A DNA stretch of 64,000 nucleotides from a virus. Numbering within the stretch: position 1 is the first letter of the stretch; every line of letters begins with the position of its first letter. Below the pieces are notes generated by a model. The model saw only the letters and a program-made list of their open reading frames with translations. It searched no databases and was not told the DNA's origin. This document shows positions 16,418 to 24,565 of this stretch, piece after piece. The translations under genes were made by a program, and so were the position numbers. The DNA lies in the IMG/VR virus record IMGVR_UViG_3300007513_000005. One strand, given 5' to 3'.

Positions 16418-17482
16418 TTATTCTTTATCTCCTAACATTTCCACTAGGAAGTCAGAGAAGGTCCTACCATCTACTTCTGCCTTATGAATCTTTAGGAGAT
16501 TCTCTTGTTCATCACCGCCAGTCTGTCCAAGCAATGCCCATACCTTCATCACCACCTCTGAAGGCATACCAGTCATCATATATCGTGCTACGTTGCTGAT
16601 CTGATCATCAGTCAATTCACCTGCAAATACCTTTTCTGCCTCAAACTTACTAACCAATGCAGAATGCTCGTTAATGTCAAAGTCACGCACCTTGGCAAAG
16701 TCACCCTTGTTCAATATGTCATCTACAGTTACCTGTCGGTCCATCGTAGCAACAAAGTCACGGAATGCGACAGCTGCCTCAAAACCAACGAACGCAGTAG
16801 CTAGGTGATACAATGCGTTGTGATCATCAAACAACTTGCTCTGAGACAAACACTCATCCAATCGCTCCCATGATCGTCGTGAGGGATAGACCTTGTTAGG
16901 TTCAAAGTCATCCTTATGCTCAAGGTGATCATGGTTGTGGTTAATGAATCCCCACACCTCATCTGAAATATCTGCTTTCTTTGCCCAGTCCAACCAGTCC
17001 TCAACTGTTGGTTCAATGTCAAAGACAGTCCATCGGTCCAACTCAGCAGGATCCATTTCACCTACCTGATACTGTGACCCATGCTCACCGCCATTGACAG
17101 CAGCAAAGATAATAGTATCATCATGCAGTACATGACCGTTTAACTTACGACTGTCAGTCAACTCGAAGATACCCTGGCGTACCTCAAGCGTGGCACGATC
17201 TACCTCGTCCAGGAACAAGACCACTGGATTGTCACAAGCAGTCTTGAACCAATCGGGGGGGTTGAACGAGGTAGAGTTGCCGTTAATACTAGGGAGACCA
17301 ACCAAGTCACCCTCAGTCATTTGAGATGCTCGACGCTCAACAACAGGCATGCCAATGTGATCGGCGCACTGATAAACAACAGTAGATTTGCCGATACCGT
17401 GGCGACCACGGAGTAATACAGGTTTGTGAACTGCGGTAACATACTTGACCATCTTGCCAAAGGTTTTAAAATCTACTGCCAT
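16418..17482 (-). CDS. MoxR-type AAA+ ATPase
   Basis: Walker A GRHGIGKS; Walker B LFLDEVDR; AAVN; MDPAELDRW; PSRRSW. Confidence 0.88.
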   Translation of the reverse strand: MAVDFKTFGKMVKYVTAVHKPVLLRGRHGIGKSTVVYQCADHIGMPVVERRASQMTEGDLVGLPSINGNSTSFNPPDWFKTACDNPVVLFLDEVDRATLEVRQGIFELTDSRKLNGHVLHDDTIIFAAVNGGEHGSQYQVGEMDPAELDRWTVFDIEPTVEDWLDWAKKADISDEVWGFINHNHDHLEHKDDFEPNKVYPSRRSWERLDECLSQSKLFDDHNALYHLATAFVGFEAAVAFRDFVATMDRQVTVDDILNKGDFAKVRDFDINEHSALVSKFEAEKVFAGELTDDQISNVARYMMTGMPSEVVMKVWALLGQTGGDEQENLLKIHKAEVDGRTFSDFLVEMLGDKE

Positions 17483-17590
17483 GATTTATCTCCTGTTGTA
17501 ATTAGCAGTTAAAGTTGCGTTCCCAACGAACAAATACATTAGACCATAATAAAAAACAAAATGCAAATAAAAATGAAAAACTAAATGATT

Positions 17591-18325
17591 TCAAATAGAT
17601 GAGTGGTTCATCAAGTCCCAAGGATCGAGGTCGCCGTGTGACACTAGCAGTTCTTCAATCGGGTCCAACCTCTTGATATAATCTTGGCGCAAGTGCGGGG
17701 CATATGCTTTGTACAGGTTAATTAACTTTTTTTGTTCCTTCTGTGCTGCACTAACTTTCACTTCTAAATTGAACCACTTCCCAAAGTGAGGATTCAAATG
17801 CCTAACATTATTTTCACGAACGAATGACGCATAGAACGAGTATCTATCCCAAATCTCTTCTGCAAAAAACTTGTCACAACTCTTTCCCTGCTTCTCAAGT
17901 TCTCTGTTTCTATCAACGATAGAGTATAGTCTATCTGCCTCCCTTTTTAGTTTGTTGCGTAACACAATGAGGTCTGCCCTATAGTCCTGAGAGGTAAGCT
18001 GTCCGTTGTCAAACCGTGATTGATGCTCCTTCAATTCCTTAATGTACTTGCTGTCACTAAATTGAGTAGGCGTCTTATAACAGTCATACCCCACGTTACT
18101 TGGCAAGGGCACACTTCTCCTGGTGGAAATTCTCAAATCCCACTCAGTTGGTACGCCAACTCTCGGGTCTTTAAAGTCAGAGTATTCATTATCATAAAAC
18201 ATAACCATTCTGTACTCAATAGCATCGTCTACGAGTTTGTTCAACTCTTTAATTGACTGCTCAATCTCTTCTCTTCTTTGTTTGTTGTTCACAACAAAAT
18301 ACCTTTCTAATCTAAGATTTGCCAC
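17591..18325 (-). CDS. Hypothetical helical protein
   Basis: 244-aa ORF. Confidence 0.65.
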   Translation of the reverse strand: MANLRLERYFVVNNKQRREEIEQSIKELNKLVDDAIEYRMVMFYDNEYSDFKDPRVGVPTEWDLRISTRRSVPLPSNVGYDCYKTPTQFSDSKYIKELKEHQSRFDNGQLTSQDYRADLIVLRNKLKREADRLYSIVDRNRELEKQGKSCDKFFAEEIWDRYSFYASFVRENNVRHLNPHFGKWFNLEVKVSAAQKEQKKLINLYKAYAPHLRQDYIKRLDPIEELLVSHGDLDPWDLMNHSSI

Positions 18326-18525
18326 GGTTCATACTGGAAACTGTTCTCATGAAAGATAAGCACCTCTACACTCTTATCACTGTACAATACCTTGAACACG
18401 TCAGTGTAGAGCGAGTCTTTGTTATTAACCTTATACCCGTCGATAACAACGCCAAGCTTGTCTCCAAACTTATACTTGACTGTTCTACCGATAAAACTAC
18501 TCTTAACTTCTAGTCCCATACTCAC
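18307..18525 (-). CDS. KOW/SH3-like small protein
   Basis: IGRTVKY...LGVVID...FKVLY. Confidence 0.6.
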   Translation of the reverse strand: MSMGLEVKSSFIGRTVKYKFGDKLGVVIDGYKVNNKDSLYTDVFKVLYSDKSVEVLIFHENSFQYEPWQILD

Positions 18526-18843
18526 CTACCATTCAACACTTGTGTTAGTGTACATATCGTAGTCGGATGGGTGTCCTTTGCTTTCGATGTCCCCGTCTTC
18601 TTCACCCAACCTGATAAACCCATAGTCATCATCCTGTAGCATATCCAATAGACTCTCTACTGCTTGAACCTCTGGGTAAGAGTCATACCATTTTGTATGC
18701 TCCCAATAAAAGTCTGTCTTGTTCCCTTCCTCTTCGGCCTCGGATAACATCTTGTCAAGAGTATCATCTAGCTTGCGGGCAGCGTCCACTACCTCAACCA
18801 AAGGCTCTTTGATTCTAAGATAAACTTCTGATCTATATCCCAT
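18526..18843 (-). CDS. Conserved-looking acidic phage protein
   Basis: MGYRSEV...KWYDSYPEV...FIRLGEE. Confidence 0.7.
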   Translation of the reverse strand: MGYRSEVYLRIKEPLVEVVDAARKLDDTLDKMLSEAEEEGNKTDFYWEHTKWYDSYPEVQAVESLLDMLQDDDYGFIRLGEEDGDIESKGHPSDYDMYTNTSVEW

Positions 18844-19025
18844 TATATTTTCTCCAATGCCAATCTAGTTGTTACTTCACGAGCGCCGCACGCATACAAT
18901 ACCCAATAACGAGCGCCCAGACAATGACCTGTAGGGAACGTCTCTTCTGGATCGATCCTCACAATAATCCCGATGCCTCTATGCATTAAGTCATGCTTCG
19001 GTCTAACTGCGTCACCGACTCTCAT
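18843..19025 (-). CDS. KOW/SH3-like miniprotein
   Basis: MRVGDAVR...GIGIIV...YWVLY. Confidence 0.7.
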   Translation of the reverse strand: MRVGDAVRPKHDLMHRGIGIIVRIDPEETFPTGHCLGARYWVLYACGAREVTTRLALEKI

Positions 19026-19200
19026 TGTAAACCTTTAAATCATAGTCCCATATATTACTTCCAATGGTTCCGTCGTGCCATAGGACTTTGAACAACTTGT
19101 TCGTTGGGCGGCATGCAGGCATTTCCCCAACAATCAAACCAGTTCTTTCTCGGTTCATCCAACTCGGGTGGTTGGTCTTTATCAAATCACCGACTTTCAT
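19012..19200 (-). CDS. KOW/SH3-like miniprotein
   Basis: Start revised to MKVGDLIK at 19200; TGLIV...FKVLW. Confidence 0.72.
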   Translation of the reverse strand: MKVGDLIKTNHPSWMNRERTGLIVGEMPACRPTNKLFKVLWHDGTIGSNIWDYDLKVYNESR

Positions 19201-19399
19201 TGATAACCTCCAACTGATTACACCAGGCAGGACCAATCAAAGTAGGCAATGTTGGACTTAGTTCATTCCATAAAACCTTGAATAGTCTTGTACGGCCGCG
19301 AGAAAGACGTGCGCCCCATCGTTCAGCGTTTATGTCTGCCACAATAACACCAGTTCGTTCCTGAAGACCTTTCTCTCTTACCAAATCACCGATTTTCAT
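19187..19399 (-). CDS. KOW/SH3-like miniprotein
   Basis: MKIGDLVRE...TGVIV...FKVLW...LEVINESR. Confidence 0.72.
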   Translation of the reverse strand: MKIGDLVREKGLQERTGVIVADINAERWGARLSRGRTRLFKVLWNELSPTLPTLIGPAWCNQLEVINESR

Positions 19400-19459
19400 C
19401 TTGCCTCGCTTTGTTATGTTTCTATTAGATCAAAATTGAAAACAAAATGCAAATAAAAA

Positions 19460-19567
19460 TTAAATGTTGAACAATTTCAAGACCTTATTGGATATGTCAA
19501 CCAAACCGTGAACACCGATGGCTGAGCCTAAGATGAAACCTACTGCTACCCATAGAAACTCTTTCAT
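19460..19567 (-). CDS. Small membrane peptide (35 aa)
   Basis: MKEFLWVAVGFILGSAIGVHGLVDISNKVLKLFNI*; ATGA overlap; not in track. Confidence 0.65.
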   Translation of the reverse strand: MKEFLWVAVGFILGSAIGVHGLVDISNKVLKLFNI

Positions 19568-19785
19568 GGTTCTATGCCCGCATACACTGGGCACAAATGC
19601 TGTACTTCACTTGTGACTTGCTCCTCCAACAAGAGCACGTCGATGCCAGTATCCCAATGCAACTTCTTGACTGCTCTATCAAAACTGATCTCACCGTTCA
19701 GAACATCCACTGAATACTTGGTGATCAACTCCTTGATTAGTGTTGCTTCCATCTGCAACAACTTAGTGAAAGACGTATTCATCAT
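19564..19785 (-). CDS. Hypothetical protein
   Basis: 73-aa coupled ORF. Confidence 0.55.
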   Translation of the reverse strand: MMNTSFTKLLQMEATLIKELITKYSVDVLNGEISFDRAVKKLHWDTGIDVLLLEEQVTSEVQHLCPVYAGIEP

Positions 19786-20003
19786 TTTCTTACCTCCGTT
19801 ATCATAAACTCATCAGCAGTGGCGCAACGTCCACTAGGATAAATTACCTCAACTACATTGGGATGCCCTTGAAGATCCTTTACTGAAACTTCAGTTACCA
19901 TTGCCCAACCTCCGCTACCCAAATCCGAGTGCGGGTGAACATACACCATTGTGCCTGGCCATGCTTTCTTGACTAAGTGTCGTTTGCCTTTGTTGTCAAA
20001 CAT
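19782..20003 (-). CDS. KOW/SH3-like small protein
   Basis: WPGTMVYV...WAMVTEV...VEVIY. Confidence 0.55.
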   Translation of the reverse strand: MFDNKGKRHLVKKAWPGTMVYVHPHSDLGSGGWAMVTEVSVKDLQGHPNVVEVIYPSGRCATADEFMITEVRK

Positions 20004-20157
20004 TAATCACCTCCAAATACATTTCAGTCAACCATTCTTTACCGCAGTCGTTCCATATAACCTTGAACATCCCCTCGGATTCGTCTACCTCAACGATGAC
20101 ACCATAGGGATTGGGGCGAACCCATTCCTTGTCTCTTACTAAATCACCGACTTTCAT
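19996..20157 (-). CDS. KOW/SH3-like miniprotein (53 aa)
   Basis: MKVGDLVRDKEWVRPNPYGVIVEVDESEGMFKVIWNDCGKEWLTEMYLEVINV*; GGAGG SD; not in track. Confidence 0.75.
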   Translation of the reverse strand: MKVGDLVRDKEWVRPNPYGVIVEVDESEGMFKVIWNDCGKEWLTEMYLEVINV

Positions 20158-20315
20158 AACGCCTCCAGCCAACGCTTACTAACTCTAGTTTTATTACCAT
20201 GATGCCTGGGAGTGTATACCAACCAATCCCCACCGTAACGTGTGATGTCTTTACTCAACAATATGCAGAGTCCATAGATCCTGTGTCTTACCGTGTCACC
20301 GACTTTCATCTGCAT
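20154..20315 (-). CDS. KOW/SH3-like miniprotein (53 aa)
   Basis: MQMKVGDTVRHRIYGLCILLSKDITRYGGDWLVYTPRHHGNKTRVSKRWLEAL*; not in track. Confidence 0.7.
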   Translation of the reverse strand: MQMKVGDTVRHRIYGLCILLSKDITRYGGDWLVYTPRHHGNKTRVSKRWLEAL

Positions 20316-20335
20316 GGTTTATAATACTGTACATA

Positions 20336-21052
20336 TTACTTTCTTACCTTCTTTAAGTCTTTCTCACAAGCAAACAATGGCACGCTCTCACCAATAGGCA
20401 GAATGCTGTATACTTTTCCGCCTTGTGTGGTGCGATACATTGGTCGAGCGTTAGATTTAAGTATCAGTGCGAGGACTTGTCCACCGCTTGCTGCTTGTCT
20501 GTATAGTTTGTAGTTTCTCTTTCTCTCATCCATACTATCATAAGGCGATAGATCCAACCTGTTTGATGCCCTTACTGAGACGATTTGTCCTTTTTCAAAC
20601 TTCGGATCTGTACGATGTTCCTGAATCACCTTATCCGCAAACTTATTCATACACATCTTTGTGAACTCTCTCTTAGAAAGAACATGCCCCTGTGGATTTT
20701 CTAGAACTTTACGTCGAATAAATTTAAAATATCGATTATCTGTTGTTTGATTCTCGTAATATTCTGCACACAAGACGGCGATCTCCCTCAGATCGTCACT
20801 GTATTGTCTGATCCATTCATCGGCCTCTTTGAGTGCTTCCTCATCGCAGACCGCCTCAATATCTCTAAGATACTTGCTCTGTCCAGGCGAAAGCAGTCTT
20901 CCGTTCTTCACCTGACTGTTTATGCTTTTAAGAAATTCATTATATCTATCCCTGGTGGTCTTCGTTACAACCCCAGCTGCGAGTGACATTTCAAGATTTG
21001 AAATACATTTTTGAATGCGCTCGATCATTCTGAACTCCTCTTCAAATTTCAT
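20336..21052 (-). CDS. Hypothetical protein with C-terminal SH3-like segment
   Basis: 238 aa; PKFEKGQIVSVR...EKDLKK. Confidence 0.65.
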   Translation of the reverse strand: MKFEEEFRMIERIQKCISNLEMSLAAGVVTKTTRDRYNEFLKSINSQVKNGRLLSPGQSKYLRDIEAVCDEEALKEADEWIRQYSDDLREIAVLCAEYYENQTTDNRYFKFIRRKVLENPQGHVLSKREFTKMCMNKFADKVIQEHRTDPKFEKGQIVSVRASNRLDLSPYDSMDERKRNYKLYRQAASGGQVLALILKSNARPMYRTTQGGKVYSILPIGESVPLFACEKDLKKVRK

Positions 21053-21233
21053 TACAACTAATAATATAATATATTTTTGGAATATGCAACTTCTTTTTCA
21101 AAATAAAGATTGCTTGTTTTTTTGTTATGGGGATGGCGACCTTAAGGACTTCAGGAACCTTGCTTTGTGGGTTAGTATAGTAACACCATTTTGTAGATCG
21201 CATGGGAGCACCCTCCATTATCCATAGTTGCAA
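21042..21233 (-). CDS. Hypothetical protein
   Basis: 63-aa ORF overlapping neighbours. Confidence 0.45.
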   Translation of the reverse strand: MQLWIMEGAPMRSTKWCYYTNPQSKVPEVLKVAIPITKKQAIFILKKKLHIPKIYYIISCNEI

Positions 21234-21445
21234 AGTCCCTTCTTTGTTGCAATAACTCTACCATCACTAAAGATAACTAGATCTTGTTCCTTGTTTAGTT
21301 CCCGAAAAGCAGAGAATATGTCTTTCAATTCCATACCTTTACCTACAGATTTAAGATCATGGAAAACATTACTTACAGCAACATCTAGATCTCTAGAGGT
21401 CTGATCTCTCGGTAAGTTCTGCATAATTATTCGTAATACTGTCAT
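21218..21445 (-). CDS. Small winged-helix-like protein
   Basis: GGAG SD; helices followed by beta hairpin (VIFSDGRVIAT). Confidence 0.55.
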   Translation of the reverse strand: MTVLRIIMQNLPRDQTSRDLDVAVSNVFHDLKSVGKGMELKDIFSAFRELNKEQDLVIFSDGRVIATKKGLCNYG

Positions 21446-21464
21446 GTTTTCTCCGTTATAAAAT

Positions 21465-21540
21465 TGGTGGACCCGCTCGGATTTGAACCGAGGACCGATC
21501 GGTTATGAGCCGATTGCTCTAACCACTGAGCTACAGGTCC
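21465..21540 (-). tRNA. tRNA-Ile2 (CAT, lysidine type), CCA encoded
   Basis: GGACCTGTAGCTCAGTGGTTAGAGCAATCGGCTCATAACCGATCGGTCCTCGGTTCAAATCCGAGCGGGTCCACCA; cloverleaf, A73, C4-G69/C5-G68 TilS determinants favour Ile2 over Met. Confidence 0.9.
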
Positions 21541-21680
21541 TTATCCCTGCCATACAGGGAGTTTAATCTCTCTTTTCTCTCTTCTTCTGGTGAGGTTCGT
21601 ACTCTCGAAAGAATCATCCTTACTATTGCAGAGAGAGTATATGCATAGCACGCAATCAGCAAGATATGCTCAAACTTCAT
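21531..21680 (-). CDS. Small membrane peptide (49 aa) whose stop lies inside the tRNA
   Basis: MKFEHILLIACYAYTLSAIVRMILSRVRTSPEEERKERLNSLYGRDKDL*; ATG overlaps the ligase TGA; TAG = tRNA nt 8-10. Confidence 0.55.
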   Translation of the reverse strand: MKFEHILLIACYAYTLSAIVRMILSRVRTSPEEERKERLNSLYGRDKDL

Positions 21681-22825
21681 GCTGTTGTAAACCTGTAAAA
21701 GTTCCTACAGACAGTTCTGAAATAATTAACGCCACCCTCATTATCGTTGTGTAACTCATACAATACTTTGTGATCTCCAACATCTTGTGATTGCTGCATT
21801 GTGTCATTAACGACGTCAACCATCTTATATGCTGCTTCGCGAACTTCCTCTGGAAGCATGAACATCATTTTGTCCAAGCGTCCCTTGATCATACAATTCA
21901 TAATGTATTTGTAACTCAATTTACTCTTGACCATTTCCCCGATATAGTTAATATATTTAAACTTAATCAGTTGGCCATCAAAGTTCATGACCCAACCCTC
22001 GTGATTTGACACTGCACGACTACCAACCTCATCGACTAGATCGTTCAGTGTCATCTCACGAGACTCAGGACACACAAAGAGGTGCGGCATTGCTTCGCAG
22101 ATATGCTCTAACTCTGCGAGATTCAAGGACTCGCCATCGGCATCATAGGCGTTCAACAGGTACAGCGTTTCCGCATTGTCATAATCAACGAAGACCTTTG
22201 TATAGGGATGGATCAACTCAACCACTAGGGTCATGACCTTTTTACCTAACGTCTCCTCTACCTGTTGAAAGTCCGTAAGAGAAAGCATGTTGCCAGCAAT
22301 CTCCGCACTAACTGTTCCAAATTTACCTCGGGTGGAGGAACACAGTTCACCGTTATGGACAAAGTATTCAATCATATGTCCATCCGCTTTCTCACGAGCG
22401 AGGTATTTTTGTGTCCCGAACTTACTGGTGAGTGCCTCATAAGTGTTCTCTGGCAACTCACTGTAGTTGAAGAACTTCTCGAACCCGCGACTAACGAGAA
22501 CTGGTTCCTCCACACTGAAGTCGTAGATCATGCCACGCATGTCGCGCAGGGGTTGTGACCAACCTCGATCTACCTCATGTAATACATTATGTGCTTGTCC
22601 TGTGTAGTTCAACAGGATAATCTGACGCTCTTCGTCGATGTCAAACCCAAGTAACTCTCCTGGGTTTTTCATGTCTGTGTGCTCAAGGTGCAATAGTTCC
22701 TTGAACACATGAGCGTTTTCTCTCTTAAACGATGCCCACTTTGTTTTCTTGTCTTCGATAGTACGAATCTCCGAAGTAATAAGTTTAGCAATCTTCTGAA
22801 CATTTGGATGCAATGACATAATCAT
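21677..22825 (-). CDS. RNA ligase (T4 Rnl1-like)
   Basis: RGFEKFFN, motif I EKADG, ELIHP, EGWV, IKFK. Confidence 0.82.
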   Translation of the reverse strand: MIMSLHPNVQKIAKLITSEIRTIEDKKTKWASFKRENAHVFKELLHLEHTDMKNPGELLGFDIDEERQIILLNYTGQAHNVLHEVDRGWSQPLRDMRGMIYDFSVEEPVLVSRGFEKFFNYSELPENTYEALTSKFGTQKYLAREKADGHMIEYFVHNGELCSSTRGKFGTVSAEIAGNMLSLTDFQQVEETLGKKVMTLVVELIHPYTKVFVDYDNAETLYLLNAYDADGESLNLAELEHICEAMPHLFVCPESREMTLNDLVDEVGSRAVSNHEGWVMNFDGQLIKFKYINYIGEMVKSKLSYKYIMNCMIKGRLDKMMFMLPEEVREAAYKMVDVVNDTMQQSQDVGDHKVLYELHNDNEGGVNYFRTVCRNFYRFTTA

Positions 22826-22850
22826 GTCCTTTCATTTAAGTTGTGAATGT

Positions 22851-22879
22851 ATTATATGAATTATTTATTTAAATGTCAA
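22851..22879 (-). promoter_or_regulatory. Consensus sigma70 promoter
   Basis: TTGACA-17-TATAAT; 27/29 identical to 24534-24562. Confidence 0.85.
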
Positions 22880-22885
22880 GCACTT

Positions 22886-23887
22886 TCAAGAAAAAAGTTT
22901 ATCAAGTTTTAGAGTGGTAATTCCATTAAAGTTTGGATTACCTTGCAAATCTAAAACAATGCCCTTTGCAATAGAGTATTGTGACTTGTTGTGGACCGAA
23001 CCTCCTGAAGTTTTCCACTTAGACACCTCGTGATCGAGCGCCGATTGAACGAACTTGCTGTGGAACCACAGCCTAAAATCCCCCTGCGGTCCAGCAGTTG
23101 ACAGGATGCTAGGGTATGCACGCATCAGTTGAGTCAAACCACCCACCAGTTCACTCTTCAACTGGTCCTTGGTCTGCTTAAAAGATGGCAAACTACGGTA
23201 GACATCAACAGCGGGTTTGAAAAACATACCACTGTTCGGTGCTTCTGCTAGTGTGGGATCTCCACTCTTCCTCCCTGACGCATATAAGGCGCACTTCCTT
23301 GCAGCATTCACCTTAATCTTGCATCCTTGAGGGTCACCCACTCGACCCCCACTCTCACCTGATCCATAAACATAGACACCAGCGGCACGCATACAAGCAG
23401 CAAGGTCAACCTGCTCTCGGTAATTCGCGTAGTATCGGTGAACATAGGCTACTTCTGCTGAAATGCCAGTCCGACCCTCAAGGTTGAAGTCTACGAATAA
23501 CTGATGGTACTCCTCTATAGTATCAACCTCTCGATAGTCCACAACGATTTCTGTTGCATTTGGCCACATCTGCAACCAAAGGTGCAAAGAGTGATCACCA
23601 TCATAAACAAGAAGTTGCTTTGTAGACCTGACATATACAACTCGCGGTGCTTGCCAGCTATCCCCGTTAATCCCTCTCTTGGTGATCTTCTTTAAATTCC
23701 TCACCTCAGTGTCTCTCTGGATGTGGCGCTTCAGATCAGAGATTTTCATGGTACGAAACCTCTTTTTATACTCCTGAAGTCCTTTGTTTCCTGGTGATGG
23801 GAGTGGTTTGATCACTGGTGGTTGATCGAAATAATCCCACAAAGATGTTTGAATAGGGTTTCCGCCTGAAGTAATTTTACTACTCAT
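22886..23887 (-). CDS. ParB/Srx-like (DGQHR-type) domain protein
   Basis: WQAPRVVY...LLVYDGDHS; start revised to MSSKIT at 23887 (AAGGAG SD). Confidence 0.55.
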   Translation of the reverse strand: MSSKITSGGNPIQTSLWDYFDQPPVIKPLPSPGNKGLQEYKKRFRTMKISDLKRHIQRDTEVRNLKKITKRGINGDSWQAPRVVYVRSTKQLLVYDGDHSLHLWLQMWPNATEIVVDYREVDTIEEYHQLFVDFNLEGRTGISAEVAYVHRYYANYREQVDLAACMRAAGVYVYGSGESGGRVGDPQGCKIKVNAARKCALYASGRKSGDPTLAEAPNSGMFFKPAVDVYRSLPSFKQTKDQLKSELVGGLTQLMRAYPSILSTAGPQGDFRLWFHSKFVQSALDHEVSKWKTSGGSVHNKSQYSIAKGIVLDLQGNPNFNGITTLKLDKLFS

Positions 23888-24006
23888 TGTTTTCTCCTTA
23901 TTGCTCCTACGAGCTGTTAGTTTTATTTTCATCGTGCCCTAACGTCCAATTGACTAACACGATAAATCTATTATATCATACTTTTTTTGTTTGTCAAGAT
24001 TTATTT

Positions 24007-24501
24007 TTAAATAATTCTAACACCGTGCTTCTTGATCTGAGTGTTCGTAATGTCTGCTGAAAGACGCGGGTCTTTCTTGGACAGTACAGTGGGGAACTTC
24101 TTTTTCAACTTGGGCAGAAGTAAGTTAAATACCTGCTCTCCTGACAGTTTCCACACCTCTACCAGTTTTCCGCCTTCAAACCTGATGTAAAAGTGTTCGG
24201 GATACTTTGCTAGTTTCTCGTTCTTTAGGTATGAAACCTGATCCTCCCATGTATTCTGCACTGATATGCCAGTGTACGATCCCTTGACTTTTTTGTCAAT
24301 AGTGGACTTATATTCGACGGGTTGCCCTGCCTCATTGTACGCATCGGCACCAGATAGAGTCTCTGATATTGTGTGCCCCAGTTCAATCATTGCGTAAATC
24401 TCTTTAGATCTCGCATAACTAAACGGGTCTCCCCATCCTTGATTGCTAGATAACTCTGCCATACGATTGTATAGTTTCTTATATTCTTCTTCTGGGGTCA
24501 T
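24007..24501 (-). CDS. Putative PD-(D/E)xK nuclease
   Basis: SGADAY...VEYKST spacing; start revised to 24501. Confidence 0.55.
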   Translation of the reverse strand: MTPEEEYKKLYNRMAELSSNQGWGDPFSYARSKEIYAMIELGHTISETLSGADAYNEAGQPVEYKSTIDKKVKGSYTGISVQNTWEDQVSYLKNEKLAKYPEHFYIRFEGGKLVEVWKLSGEQVFNLLLPKLKKKFPTVLSKKDPRLSADITNTQIKKHGVRII

Positions 24502-24533
24502 CTTGTTTCTTCCTTTCTTCAAACTATAGAAAC

Positions 24534-24562
24534 ATTATATGAACTATTTGTTTAAATGTCAA
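24534..24562 (-). promoter_or_regulatory. Consensus sigma70 promoter
   Basis: TTGACA-17-TATAAT. Confidence 0.85.
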
Positions 24563-24565
24563 GAA

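Noticed and set aside
21465-21540. tRNA-Met or initiator assignment for the CAT tRNA
   Set aside because: No C1-A72 mismatch or three G-C anticodon-stem pairs; acceptor matches Ile2/TilS determinants.
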